Assembly: GCA_030167145.1 (NCBI GenBank)
Contig: CP126532.1
Span: 4,380,001 to 4,412,000 of the forward strand
DNA length: 32,000 nucleotides
Origin: Ktedonobacterales bacterium
GTDB lineage: Bacteria > Chloroflexota > Ktedonobacteria > Ktedonobacterales > JADMIN01
Direction of reading: 5' to 3'
Shown piece by piece: positions 1 to 8,291 of this stretch. The position numbers were made by a program, and so were the translations under genes. The notes beneath the pieces were generated by a model that was given only the letters and a program-made list of their open reading frames with translations, did no database searches and was not told the DNA's origin. The first letter of the stretch is position 1. Every line of letters starts with the position of its first letter.

Positions 1-819
1 CAGTACTTGCAGCCCCTTGGCGAAGTTCGTCTGCGGATATTGCACGGCGGGCGTGTAGGCGGAGGCGACGCTTTCGAGTTGCTTCGAGCCTTGCACCGCG
101 CTCTGAGCGGTGGCATCGAGCAGCGCGGCGTAGGGAGCGGAGCGGGGATAGGTATTGTAGAGCTTCAGCAGCGTTTGGATGCGCGCTTCTGCCGCGCTGA
201 GTTGGGTCTGCGCGGTGGGGTCGGGCTGGAGGCGATAGGTCTTGGGGTCGGCGACGACGGGCACATCGGCGTTGAGCGCACGCAGCGCGGTGGGCAGCGT
301 GGTGCCGACGGCGAGCGACTGGAACGGGTGGCCGTCCTGGTCCACCAGACCGGAAACGTATTTGCCGAGCCAGCCCTGGCCCGCCGCCGCGCCGTTGAGG
401 TCCAGCGTCTGCCAGATGTCCATCGAGACGAAGTGAGAGAGATTGGGATTGGGATAGCCAACGCCTTCGACGACGGCGAGCTTGTTCTGCTGCCAGAGCG
501 GTTGCAGCGCCTTGAGCGCGGAGTGCATGCCCAGGCGGTCGTTCAGCGCCAGCACGTTGGGCTGCTGAATCGCCAGGGTGGGCCGAGCCTGATAGTACGC
601 GCTATCGGTATAGGGCACGATGGTATTCAGGCCGTCATTGCCGCCCGCCATTTGCACCACGATCAGCGTTTTGCCCTGCGCAGCCTGCGCCCAGTGGGAG
701 CCTTCGCGCGCAGCGTTGGAGGCGGCGCGCACGGCCCGCGCGAAGATGGACGGCATAATCATGCCCGCGCTGACGGCGAGCAAGCCGTCTTTTATCATGG
801 CCCGGCGAGTAAGCTGCAT
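1..819 (-). CDS. DUF1501-family protein (sulfatase-like) with Tat-type signal; 3' end runs off the window
   Basis: Absent from the ORF track because it stays open to position 1. The reverse-strand ATG at 819 gives MQLTRRAMIKDGLLAVSAGMIMPSIFARA (twin-arginine-like TRRAMIK). This is followed by ...TLIVVQMAGGNDGLNTIVPY...GVGYPNPNLSHF..., the conserved DUF1501 N-terminal core. The frame is open for all 273 codons. It starts 9 nt after the stop of the DUF1800 gene, its usual partner. Confidence 0.8.
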   Translation of the reverse strand, partial: MQLTRRAMIKDGLLAVSAGMIMPSIFARAVRAASNAAREGSHWAQAAQGKTLIVVQMAGGNDGLNTIVPYTDSAYYQARPTLAIQQPNVLALNDRLGMHSALKALQPLWQQNKLAVVEGVGYPNPNLSHFVSMDIWQTLDLNGAAAGQGWLGKYVSGLVDQDGHPFQSLAVGTTLPTALRALNADVPVVADPKTYRLQPDPTAQTQLSAAEARIQTLLKLYNTYPRSAPYAALLDATAQSAVQGSKQLESVASAYTPAVQYPQTNFAKGLQVL

Positions 820-828
820 AATCGTCCC

Positions 829-2553
829 TCAGTTCATCTGGTATTCGGGCATGGACATCAGCAGGTAGAGCGTATTGCGGACGCTGGCGGCGGGCACTGT
901 GGCGTTGCCCGCCAGTGCGAAGCTGGGGCCGGTGGCGCGCTGGCTCACCGCGTCATACAGCATCGCCCGGCGGTCGGCACCGAGCTGGTTATCGGCGAGC
1001 GCGGCGATAAAATAATCGGCCACGGCATGCGGGGTGGAGACCTGGCGCGCGGTGATGAGCCTCTGGAGCGCGGAGTTCGCCGTGTTGGCGCTGCCCCTGG
1101 CCTGCGCACCGCCTTTGACCGTGATACCGGAAGCGCCCGCGAGCAACAGATTGATGAGGTTGACGCGCGTCATCCACGCGCCGGTTGAGACCCAGGAGGC
1201 GCTGACCTTGTCACCATCCCAACCGGAAACGTTCGGCGGATCGAACGGCACCTGCCCCATCTGCTGGAAGGCGAGCGAGACGCCCTTGAGTTCGGTATCC
1301 AACCCCAGGCCGCGCACCGCGCCCGCGATAAACTCGACGGGACTCTTGACCCGCGAGCGATACGCCTGGGCGCTGAGGAACGCGGGCGAGGCGAACATCG
1401 CCTTGATCATCGCGCTGATGCTGTGGTTGCTGTGGTAATAGGCGTCGGCCACGGGCTTGAGGTCGCTGGCGCTGGGATTTTCGGAGACGAAGAAGCTCCA
1501 CATGCGCCAGGCGATGTGATAGCCGGTGGAGGGATGGGCGCAGACGAGCCGCACCACGTCATTGAGGCCAAAATTGCCGGTGTGGCCAAGGAAGGTGACG
1601 GAACCGTTGTAGTGCTGGGCGGGCGAATAAACACCCTTGCTGTTTTGGATGCGCCAGCCGGTGAGCGCGAGTGCCCCCTGATGCACGTCGTTCTGCGTGT
1701 AGTTGGGCTGCCCCGCGCTATTGGTGACGCCGAGTGTGAAGAGTTCCATCAGTTCGCGAGCGTAGTTCTCGTTGGGATTCCTGCCAGTGCTGCGGTTGCC
1801 GTCGAGCCAACGCAGCATCGCCGGATCGGTCGAGACTGCGTGGATCAGGTCGTCAAAGCGGCCCATAGCATGCGCGCGCAATAGTTGGTTCTGCTGCGCC
1901 ATCAGCGGATAGCCCTTTTTGCCACCAATCTTGAGGATGCTGCTGGTGAGCACGCCATGCCAGAAGAGCGTCATCTTCTCTTCGAGCGGACGCTGCGTGT
2001 AGACCATGCGCAGCGCCCACGAGCGAATCAAATCATCGAGATTGGTGAGATCGAGGTTGAGCGCGCTGATGCGTTTATCCAGGTTGTCATTCGGGACTGA
2101 ACTGTAGTTGATGAGGCGGTCAATCGTGCCCTGCACGCCAAGGTTGAGGTAGTCGCCGATGTCGCTGGGGGAGGGACCGAAGCCCGCCCGCCGTAAGATG
2201 TGCGCGATCTGGCCGGCATCATGGGTGAAGACATCTGCCGGACCGGATGCGCGGTTGGCAAGGAAGACGCCAAGGCCTGCGCCTAGCGCGCCGATGCCGA
2301 GCATGCCCGCGCCCGCACCCACCAGTACCTTGCGCCGCGAGACACCGCGCGGCCCGGCTTGCGTCGCGGCAGGCGCGGCAGGAAGAACCGGCTGGGGCGC
2401 TTGGGGCGGCTGCCAGTAGGAATCCGGCCCCTGGCCGCTGCCATGTGAGGCGTGTCCCAGTGGAATGGTTGATTGATCCTCAAATCGCGGCATGCTCGCG
2501 CCGTTGCCCCAGGCATCGTCGCCGGAAGACCCTCTCGGACGATTGTCACTCAT
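829..2553 (-). CDS. DUF1800-family protein
   Basis: Track ORF 829..2736. Motifs FWHGVLTSS and GRNPNENYARELMELFTLGV are characteristic of DUF1800. I trimmed the start to the ATG at 2553 (MSDNRPRG...), which is preceded by AAGGTGG 7 nt upstream. A TM/signal-like stretch (VLVGAGAGMLGIGALGAGLGVFL) follows. Confidence 0.85.
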   Translation of the reverse strand: MSDNRPRGSSGDDAWGNGASMPRFEDQSTIPLGHASHGSGQGPDSYWQPPQAPQPVLPAAPAATQAGPRGVSRRKVLVGAGAGMLGIGALGAGLGVFLANRASGPADVFTHDAGQIAHILRRAGFGPSPSDIGDYLNLGVQGTIDRLINYSSVPNDNLDKRISALNLDLTNLDDLIRSWALRMVYTQRPLEEKMTLFWHGVLTSSILKIGGKKGYPLMAQQNQLLRAHAMGRFDDLIHAVSTDPAMLRWLDGNRSTGRNPNENYARELMELFTLGVTNSAGQPNYTQNDVHQGALALTGWRIQNSKGVYSPAQHYNGSVTFLGHTGNFGLNDVVRLVCAHPSTGYHIAWRMWSFFVSENPSASDLKPVADAYYHSNHSISAMIKAMFASPAFLSAQAYRSRVKSPVEFIAGAVRGLGLDTELKGVSLAFQQMGQVPFDPPNVSGWDGDKVSASWVSTGAWMTRVNLINLLLAGASGITVKGGAQARGSANTANSALQRLITARQVSTPHAVADYFIAALADNQLGADRRAMLYDAVSQRATGPSFALAGNATVPAASVRNTLYLLMSMPEYQMN

Positions 2554-2657
2554 CCCGCACCACCTTACGACACCACTTCTGCTCCACACATCTGATAGTG
2601 CGCCCCAAGGCTTAAGAATCGCTGAGGGCTGGATTAAATGTTGGCGAATATTTGGCG

Positions 2658-3422
2658 CTAGTCTTCGGGTTCGGGCGCGGTGATGTGTTCCACGCGCTTG
2701 CGGGTGTGCAGCGACGCCTCGGCGCAGCCGCGCCATTCGGCCTGGGAGCGCGGTGTTGGTGTGCGCGCGCCTGTCGGGACTTCCGCGCCGCTCTCGACCA
2801 ACGCTTCGGGGACGGCGGCCAGGTCGGCCAGCCGGTCGGTGACGCGCATGTAGAACTCCATCAACGCCTGCGCGGGACCGTTATGCGCCAGACAATTATC
2901 GAGCATCTCCACCAGCGCCTCGTACTCTTGAACCGCCGCCTGATGTTCCGCCAGGGCAAGCGCCAGCGGGTCTTCAGCATCCGCATCCATGTGTCCGCTG
3001 CCGTCCGCATCCTCAGCCGCGTCCGCGCTGCCTTCTTGCAGGCGGCGGCGCTCTAGCAGCAGATAGCCGACCGCGTCGCCCTCGAAGGCGCGCTGGCGCA
3101 ACAGCCACGCGCGGGTCGCGCGGATGCGCAGCGGCTCCGGCGCGCCCGGCGGCAGTTCCACGTCTTCATCACCCCAGTGCGAGGCCGCTTCGGCGCGAGG
3201 GTCCGGCTCGCCTTCTTCGTCACCGGACGCCTCCCACTTCAAGACGCCGCCTGACGAGACCCACTGCCCCGCGCCTGCGTCGGCATGCGCGCTGGCGTCC
3301 GGATCATCGTGGTTAGCGGGTAGCTGGCTGCCATCGGCGGCTGGCTCGCCCCAGGTGTTGAAGTCGAAGCCATCCCAACTGTGGTTCTGGCCGCCGTCGC
3401 TGCCGTGGTTGTCATCGCCCAT
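2658..3422 (-). CDS. hypothetical acidic (Asp/Glu-rich) protein
   Basis: Track ORF 2658..3557, trimmed to the ATG at 3422 (MGDDNHGSDGG...) because the longer form overlaps the guaA 3' end. Strong G/C preference at codon third positions supports coding. No recognisable domain. The N-terminal half is low-complexity acidic and the C-terminal half is helical-looking (AEHQAAVQEYEALVEMLDNCL). Confidence 0.6.
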   Translation of the reverse strand: MGDDNHGSDGGQNHSWDGFDFNTWGEPAADGSQLPANHDDPDASAHADAGAGQWVSSGGVLKWEASGDEEGEPDPRAEAASHWGDEDVELPPGAPEPLRIRATRAWLLRQRAFEGDAVGYLLLERRRLQEGSADAAEDADGSGHMDADAEDPLALALAEHQAAVQEYEALVEMLDNCLAHNGPAQALMEFYMRVTDRLADLAAVPEALVESGAEVPTGARTPTPRSQAEWRGCAEASLHTRKRVEHITAPEPED

Positions 3423-3447
3423 ACGGTTGCGCGTCCTTTCTAGTGGA

Positions 3448-5097
3448 CTACTCCCATTCGATGGTAGCGGGCGGTTTGCTGGTGATGTCATAGACGACGC
3501 GATTGACGCCGGGCACCTCGTTGACGATACGGTTGGCGATGCGCGCCAGCACGTCATGCGGCAGCCGTGCCCAGTCCGCGGTCATGAAATCGCTGGTAGT
3601 GACGGCGCGCACGGCGACCATATTGGCATAGGTGCGACCGTCGCCCATGACGCCCACACTCTGAAGTGGGGTGAGCACCGCAAACGCCTGACCAATCTCG
3701 CGGTACAGACCCGCGCGGCGCAGTTCGTCCAGCACAATGCCGTCGGCGTGGCGCAGCGTATCCAGTCGTTCGGGCGTCACCTCGCCGATCACGCGAATCG
3801 CCAGCCCAGGGCCGGGGAACGGGTGACGCCAGACCCACTCCTCGGGCAGGCCCAGCGCCTCGCCCGCCTGGCGCACCTCATCTTTGAACAGGTAGCGCAG
3901 CGGCTCGATCAGTTTAAAGCGCATGCCTTCGGGCAGGCCGCCGACATTGTGATGCGTTTTGATCTTCTGGGCGGCGCTGGCGTCGTGGCTGGTGCTTTCG
4001 ATTACGTCGGGGTAGAGCGTGCCCTGCGCCAGAAATTCCACCGGCTCGCGCTCACGCAGGCGCTCTGCCTCGGCCTCGAAGACGCGCACGAACTCCTCTC
4101 CGATGATATGGCGTTTCTCTTCGGGGTCGGTGACGCCCGCGAGCCTGCCCAGGAAGCGCTCACGCGCATCCACCGCGACCAGCGGGATGCCCAGGTGCGT
4201 GCGGAACGTTTCGACGACCTGTTCTGGCTCGCCCGCGCGCATGCAGCCAGTATCCACGAAGATGCAGGTCAGCCGGTCGCCGATGGCGCGATGCGCCAGC
4301 AGCGCCGCTACCGCCGAATCCACGCCGCCGGAGAGGCCGCAGATCACGCGGCCATCGCCAACCTGCTCGCGAATGCGCGCGACGGCTTCTTCGATGAAAG
4401 CGTCAGAGGTCCAGGTGGGCGAGCAGCCACAGACGCGGAAGAGGAAATTCTCCAGGAGATGCTTGCCCTGGGGCGTGTGACTGACTTCGGGATGGAACTG
4501 GATGCCGATATGCCCTTTGCCGTCGTCCATCGCGGCGAGCGCGCCCGACGCCGAACGGCCCACGGCAACGAAGCCCGGCGGCAGCGCGCCAACCGTGTCG
4601 CCGTGGCTCATCCAGACGTTGAGGCACGCGCCCTCGCTGGTGGGCAGCCCGGCGAAGAGCGCGCTAGGGGCCGTTGCGCCATCATCGGGCAGCACGGAGA
4701 TTTCAGCGGGACCATATTCGCGGCGGCCGGTGTGTGGCTCGACCCGCCCGCCCAGTTGGTGCGCCAGCAATTGCATGCCGTAGCAGATGCCGAGCACTGG
4801 TAGCCCACTGGTGAGAATCGCCTGATCTACCAGCCGTGCGCCCTCGTCGTAGACGCTATCGGGGCCGCCGGAGAGGATGACGCCTTTCGCGCCAAGCTGG
4901 CGCAGCGTCTCCAGCGTGGCCGTGGCGGGGAGCAGTTCGCAGTAGACGCCGCACTCGCGCACACGCCGGGCGATCAAGCGGCTATATTGCGAGCCGTAAT
5001 CCAGAATGGCGATCATCTCGCGCGGATGGGGCGCGGCGGCTGGCGGCGGGCTGGCGTGCGTGTCGGTCATGGGTGCGTCGGTGGCTGGGTGCGACAT
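3448..5097 (-). CDS. guaA: GMP synthase (glutamine-hydrolysing)
   Basis: GATase region [18 protein letters not shown] with catalytic Cys context [11 protein letters not shown]-loop LSGGVDSAV. Conserved C-terminus [15 protein letters not shown] lies 8 nt upstream of the ATG at 5097. Confidence 0.97.
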   Translation of the reverse strand: MSHPATDAPMTDTHASPPPAAAPHPREMIAILDYGSQYSRLIARRVRECGVYCELLPATATLETLRQLGAKGVILSGGPDSVYDEGARLVDQAILTSGLPVLGICYGMQLLAHQLGGRVEPHTGRREYGPAEISVLPDDGATAPSALFAGLPTSEGACLNVWMSHGDTVGALPPGFVAVGRSASGALAAMDDGKGHIGIQFHPEVSHTPQGKHLLENFLFRVCGCSPTWTSDAFIEEAVARIREQVGDGRVICGLSGGVDSAVAALLAHRAIGDRLTCIFVDTGCMRAGEPEQVVETFRTHLGIPLVAVDARERFLGRLAGVTDPEEKRHIIGEEFVRVFEAEAERLREREPVEFLAQGTLYPDVIESTSHDASAAQKIKTHHNVGGLPEGMRFKLIEPLRYLFKDEVRQAGEALGLPEEWVWRHPFPGPGLAIRVIGEVTPERLDTLRHADGIVLDELRRAGLYREIGQAFAVLTPLQSVGVMGDGRTYANMVAVRAVTTSDFMTADWARLPHDVLARIANRIVNEVPGVNRVVYDITSKPPATIEWE

Positions 5098-5353
5098 GCG
5101 GGCGATTCCTCAACTTTTCGATACGCTACTCGCCAGGGCCGATGCGCTTCTCTTCGGCGAGCATTACCGGCATTATCGGCTACGGGCGCGCTGCGTGGCA
5201 AGCTGGATGGTATAGGCGGGCCGGACCACCCTTCCCTTGGCAAGTGGCTCGCGGCCACATACAATGATGTCCCCAGGGTATGTGTTGCGTGGAGGCGCTG
5301 AAAGCCTTGCGCTATGGGTCGGCGCGAGTAGCCCAGCAGAAAGCAGAGAGGCC

Positions 5354-6349
5354 ATGAAATATTTTGTAACGGGCGCGACCGGATTCGTCGGCGGACGGGT
5401 GGCGCGGCAACTCGTCGAGGCGGAGCATGACGTGGTGGTGGTCGCGCGCAATCCGGAGAAGGCGCAAGACCTCGCGGAACTTGGCATCACCGTACACAGG
5501 GGAGATGTGACAGAGAAGGAGAGCATGCGCGCGCCGATGACTGGCGCGGACGGCGTGTTTCATATCGCTGGGTGGTACAAGCTCGGCATGAAGGACAAGC
5601 GCGCTGGCGAGGCGACCAATGTGCAGGGAACGCGCAATGTGCTGGAATTGATGCGCGAGCTGGGCATCCCGAAAGGCGTCTATACGAGCACGCTGGCGGT
5701 CTTCTCCGATACGCACGGGCGGCTGGTGGATGAGACATATCGCTACGACGGGCCGCACCTGAGCGAGTATGACCGCACCAAATGGGTGGCGCACTATGAG
5801 GTAGCTGAGCCGATGATCGCCTCTGGGCTGCCGCTGGTGATCGTGCAGCCGGGGCTGATCTACGGGCCGGGGGATACGAGCAATGTACGCACAGCGCTCA
5901 TCCAATATCTGCAACGCAAACTACCAGTGGTTCCGGCGCGCACGGCGTTCTGCTGGGCGCATGTGGACGACATCGCACGCGGGCATCTGCTGGCGATGGA
6001 ACAGGGGAAGCCGGGTGAAAGCTACATCATCGCCGGTCCGATGCACACGATGGTAGATGCGCTGGCGATAGCGCAGCGGCTCACTGGCGTGCCCGCGCCG
6101 CGATTGCATATGCCTCCCGCTGGCATGAAGGCGATGGCGGGGATGATGGGCCTCGTTGAGAAGATAGCGCCAGTGCCGGAGAGCTATAGTTCCGAATACC
6201 TGCGGGTGAGCGCGGGCGCGACGTATCTCGGTGATAACGCCAAGGCGAAGCGCGAACTGGGCTATGCGCCGCGCCCGCTGGAAAAAGGATTGGGCGAGAC
6301 GCTGGCGCACGAGATGCGGCTGCTAGGAATGGAAAGGCGCGGCAACTGA
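5354..6349 (+). CDS. NAD-dependent epimerase/dehydratase family (extended SDR) protein
   Basis: Rossmann motif MKYFVTGATGFVGGRVARQL at the trimmed ATG 5354, with GAGAGG upstream. The track ORF begins at 5237, but that N-terminal extension lacks similarity. Confidence 0.85.
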   Translation: MKYFVTGATGFVGGRVARQLVEAEHDVVVVARNPEKAQDLAELGITVHRGDVTEKESMRAPMTGADGVFHIAGWYKLGMKDKRAGEATNVQGTRNVLELMRELGIPKGVYTSTLAVFSDTHGRLVDETYRYDGPHLSEYDRTKWVAHYEVAEPMIASGLPLVIVQPGLIYGPGDTSNVRTALIQYLQRKLPVVPARTAFCWAHVDDIARGHLLAMEQGKPGESYIIAGPMHTMVDALAIAQRLTGVPAPRLHMPPAGMKAMAGMMGLVEKIAPVPESYSSEYLRVSAGATYLGDNAKAKRELGYAPRPLEKGLGETLAHEMRLLGMERRGN

Positions 6350-6359
6350 AGAAACGACG

Positions 6360-6391
6360 ATCCCCTTCCCACCAACCGGCGGGAAGGGGAT
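6360..6391. terminator. GC-rich hairpin between convergent SDR and usp genes (candidate bidirectional terminator)
   Basis: ATCCCCTTCCC (6360-6370) and GGGAAGGGGAT (6381-6391) form a perfect 11-bp stem with a 10-nt loop. On the minus strand it is followed by a T-rich tail (tcgtcgtttcttc). Confidence 0.55.
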
Positions 6392-6413
6392 ACTACTGAA
6401 TTGCGGCCAAAGC

Positions 6414-7055
6414 CTATCGGGTCGTGTTCGCGCTTTCTTGCCGCTCCGATTCCTCTGGCGTGCCGCGAACCAGCCACACGCGACACGGCGCGCTCTTCAG
6501 CGCGTAATCGGCCACCTCGCTGAGATCGAAATGACCACCGAGGCCGAGCCGATACGGCAGGCCGACGATGACCAGCGCGGAGTCATGCGTCTTGGCTTCG
6601 TCCACCAGGCTCTGGCCAAAATTGCGCGATTGCACGATCTCCGTTTCCGCATGCATCTTCATTTGCTCGGCGATCAACGCGGCGCGTTCCAGCGCGGCGC
6701 TCGCGGTGTTGGTCGCTTCGGGCATCTCGGCGTCAATCGGCAACTTGCGCGGCACTTCGATGCCATAGACCAGATAGACGGACGAGTTTTTCTTCTTCGC
6801 CACGGTGCAGGCGAGCGTCACAACCTCTATATCTAGCTCGGTGCCAGAGATGGCGGCGACAACATTGCGCTTGCAATGGACGCCGCGCGCTTCTTCGCTC
6901 TCGTCTATCGGTAACAGTTCAGGCTTTGGCGTTTTCCCATGTGTGAGAGATGTCCCTGGATGCTGCCCATCAACGATCTTGAGGGCGTTCCCAAACGGAG
7001 ATCCCACCCGGTCAAGAAACCGCACAGCCATATCCTCCTGAAGGACGTTTCCCAC
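6414..7055 (-). CDS. universal stress protein (UspA-family) with N-terminal extension
   Basis: The C-terminal ~150 aa look Usp-like: VYLVYGIEVPRKLP...GQSLVDEAKTHDSALVIVGLPYR...SEVADYALKSAPCRVWLV. The start is uncertain. Candidates are the GTG at 7055 and the ATG at 7031, where AGGAGG lies only 2 nt upstream. Confidence 0.75.
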   Translation of the reverse strand: MGNVLQEDMAVRFLDRVGSPFGNALKIVDGQHPGTSLTHGKTPKPELLPIDESEEARGVHCKRNVVAAISGTELDIEVVTLACTVAKKKNSSVYLVYGIEVPRKLPIDAEMPEATNTASAALERAALIAEQMKMHAETEIVQSRNFGQSLVDEAKTHDSALVIVGLPYRLGLGGHFDLSEVADYALKSAPCRVWLVRGTPEESERQESANTTR

Positions 7056-7411
7056 GTGCGGCGTGGGAGCGTTCCTTTGCGTAATCCGCCCCAGCGGCGT
7101 TGTTCGCCTGCCGGTCTACTTCCGACGCCAGTATCAGCCGGCGTCTCAACTTCGTCGTTGCATCTCAAACTGGCATGGTATGCCAGTTAGTGAGCCACAT
7201 GTCATTATACCACCCCTGGGAAGAGGTATAGACATAAAGTAACTCGTGCATGCGTCGCCCCAGGTGCAAGCACCTCGCGATAGGATACCAGCGACACTAC
7301 GGGCGCGTGCCAAGCGCGAGAGCGCATACAGAACCCATACGCAGATGCTGTGCCGAGATGCTGCACGTCCTGGCAAGCGCCGCCTGGGCTAGCGCGGAAG
7401 TTCGCGTGGCT

Positions 7412-7440
7412 TTGCCGCCTGGTGGCGCGGCTGGTACAAT
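7412..7440 (+). promoter_or_regulatory. sigma70-type promoter candidate with extended -10
   Basis: -35 TTGCCG (7412-7417), 17-nt spacer, then TGg-TACAAT (7432-7440). It lies about 55 nt upstream of the ATG at 7494. Confidence 0.5.
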
Positions 7441-7493
7441 GACAGCGACGCGAATACGCGCATCGTCCTGATGCGCCGCATGCACACGAACGA

Positions 7494-8036
7494 ATGGACC
7501 TCACACTAATGAATACGATAGAGACACCGCCCTCGTTACGCGATGATGGGCAGCCAGAGCAAGAGGAGCACACGTGGGAGAGTCCCGGCGTGAGTATGCG
7601 CAAGCGTGTGCTTACCGGCATCGGCGTGGCAATTGCCGGGGGCGTGTTCTTCCTGATCGCCTATTCGCAGGGCGCGACGATGCTGGTGAGCACGCTCCTG
7701 GGCGCAATCTTCATCGGTTGTTTTGTCTGGTATCTGACCATCGTCGCGCCGCAGCCGTTCACGCTGGCGCTCGACTCAACAGGCGTGACACGAAATGAGA
7801 AGGGGAAGGAGCCGGTGGTTATTCCCTGGCAAAGTGTCGCCAAAGTCAAGGAAGAGGTGTTCAAGTCGGGCAAATCGGTGAGCATCACGATGTATAAGCG
7901 TGTGGGCGAGAAGGGGCTGCATCGCGCGTGGGTGGTCTATCGCGATGATATTCCACGTTTCGACGCCTTGCTGGCGGCGCTGAGGAGCGAACTGCCGGAG
8001 GCGACGCCGTGGATGCGCGAGCGGGTTCACGAGTAA
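7494..8036 (+). CDS. hypothetical membrane protein (two TM helices plus small soluble C-terminal domain)
   Basis: Hydrophobic segments VLTGIGVAIAGGVFFLIAY and LVSTLLGAIFIGCFVWYLTIV. No recognised family. The start codon is uncertain, with alternatives at 7509 and 7596. Confidence 0.6.
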   Translation: MDLTLMNTIETPPSLRDDGQPEQEEHTWESPGVSMRKRVLTGIGVAIAGGVFFLIAYSQGATMLVSTLLGAIFIGCFVWYLTIVAPQPFTLALDSTGVTRNEKGKEPVVIPWQSVAKVKEEVFKSGKSVSITMYKRVGEKGLHRAWVVYRDDIPRFDALLAALRSELPEATPWMRERVHE

Positions 8037-8072
8037 CGAACGAGATGTAGACGTGGCGAAGGGAGCGGTGCT

Positions 8073-8291
8073 ATGGGGGTGCGCGATCTGCCATTCTGGG
8101 CGCGGATGGCGGGCATGCTGGCGAATGCGGGCCTGGATGCGCGTGGCGCGAAACGCTGTGCGCAAAAGGGGCACAAGTGGATGGATGTGAAGGCCATCGT
8201 GGTGCGCGGCGATGATGTGGATGAATTGCCCAAAGGCGCGGCCCAACGCTGCACGCGCTGCGGCGCGACACGCAAGGCGCCCGCCGCATGA
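8073..8291 (+). CDS. small hypothetical protein with C-x4-H ... C-x2-C arrangement (possible zinc ribbon)
   Basis: 72 aa. GAAGGGAG lies 7 nt upstream of the ATG. G/C-rich third codon positions. The stop overlaps the pdp start (gcATGAac at 8288-8291), suggesting translational coupling. Confidence 0.5.
   Translation: MGVRDLPFWARMAGMLANAGLDARGAKRCAQKGHKWMDVKAIVVRGDDVDELPKGAAQRCTRCGATRKAPAA

Noticed and set aside
7-1188. 393-aa + strand ORF at the start of the window
   Set aside because: It lies antisense to the DUF1501 and DUF1800 genes, which have clear family motifs. Its composition is Arg/Gly/Ala-rich, typical of shadow ORFs in high-GC DNA.
3124-4803. 559-aa + strand ORF
   Set aside because: It is entirely antisense to guaA and the acidic ORF. 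It has no recognisable motifs and a shadow-ORF composition.
7171-7184. Sigma54-like TGGCAT ... TGC within the 7168-7188 palindrome
   Set aside because: The spacing is one nucleotide short of TGGCAC-N5-TTGC, and the second element reads TGCC. The perfect dyad symmetry is the better explanation.
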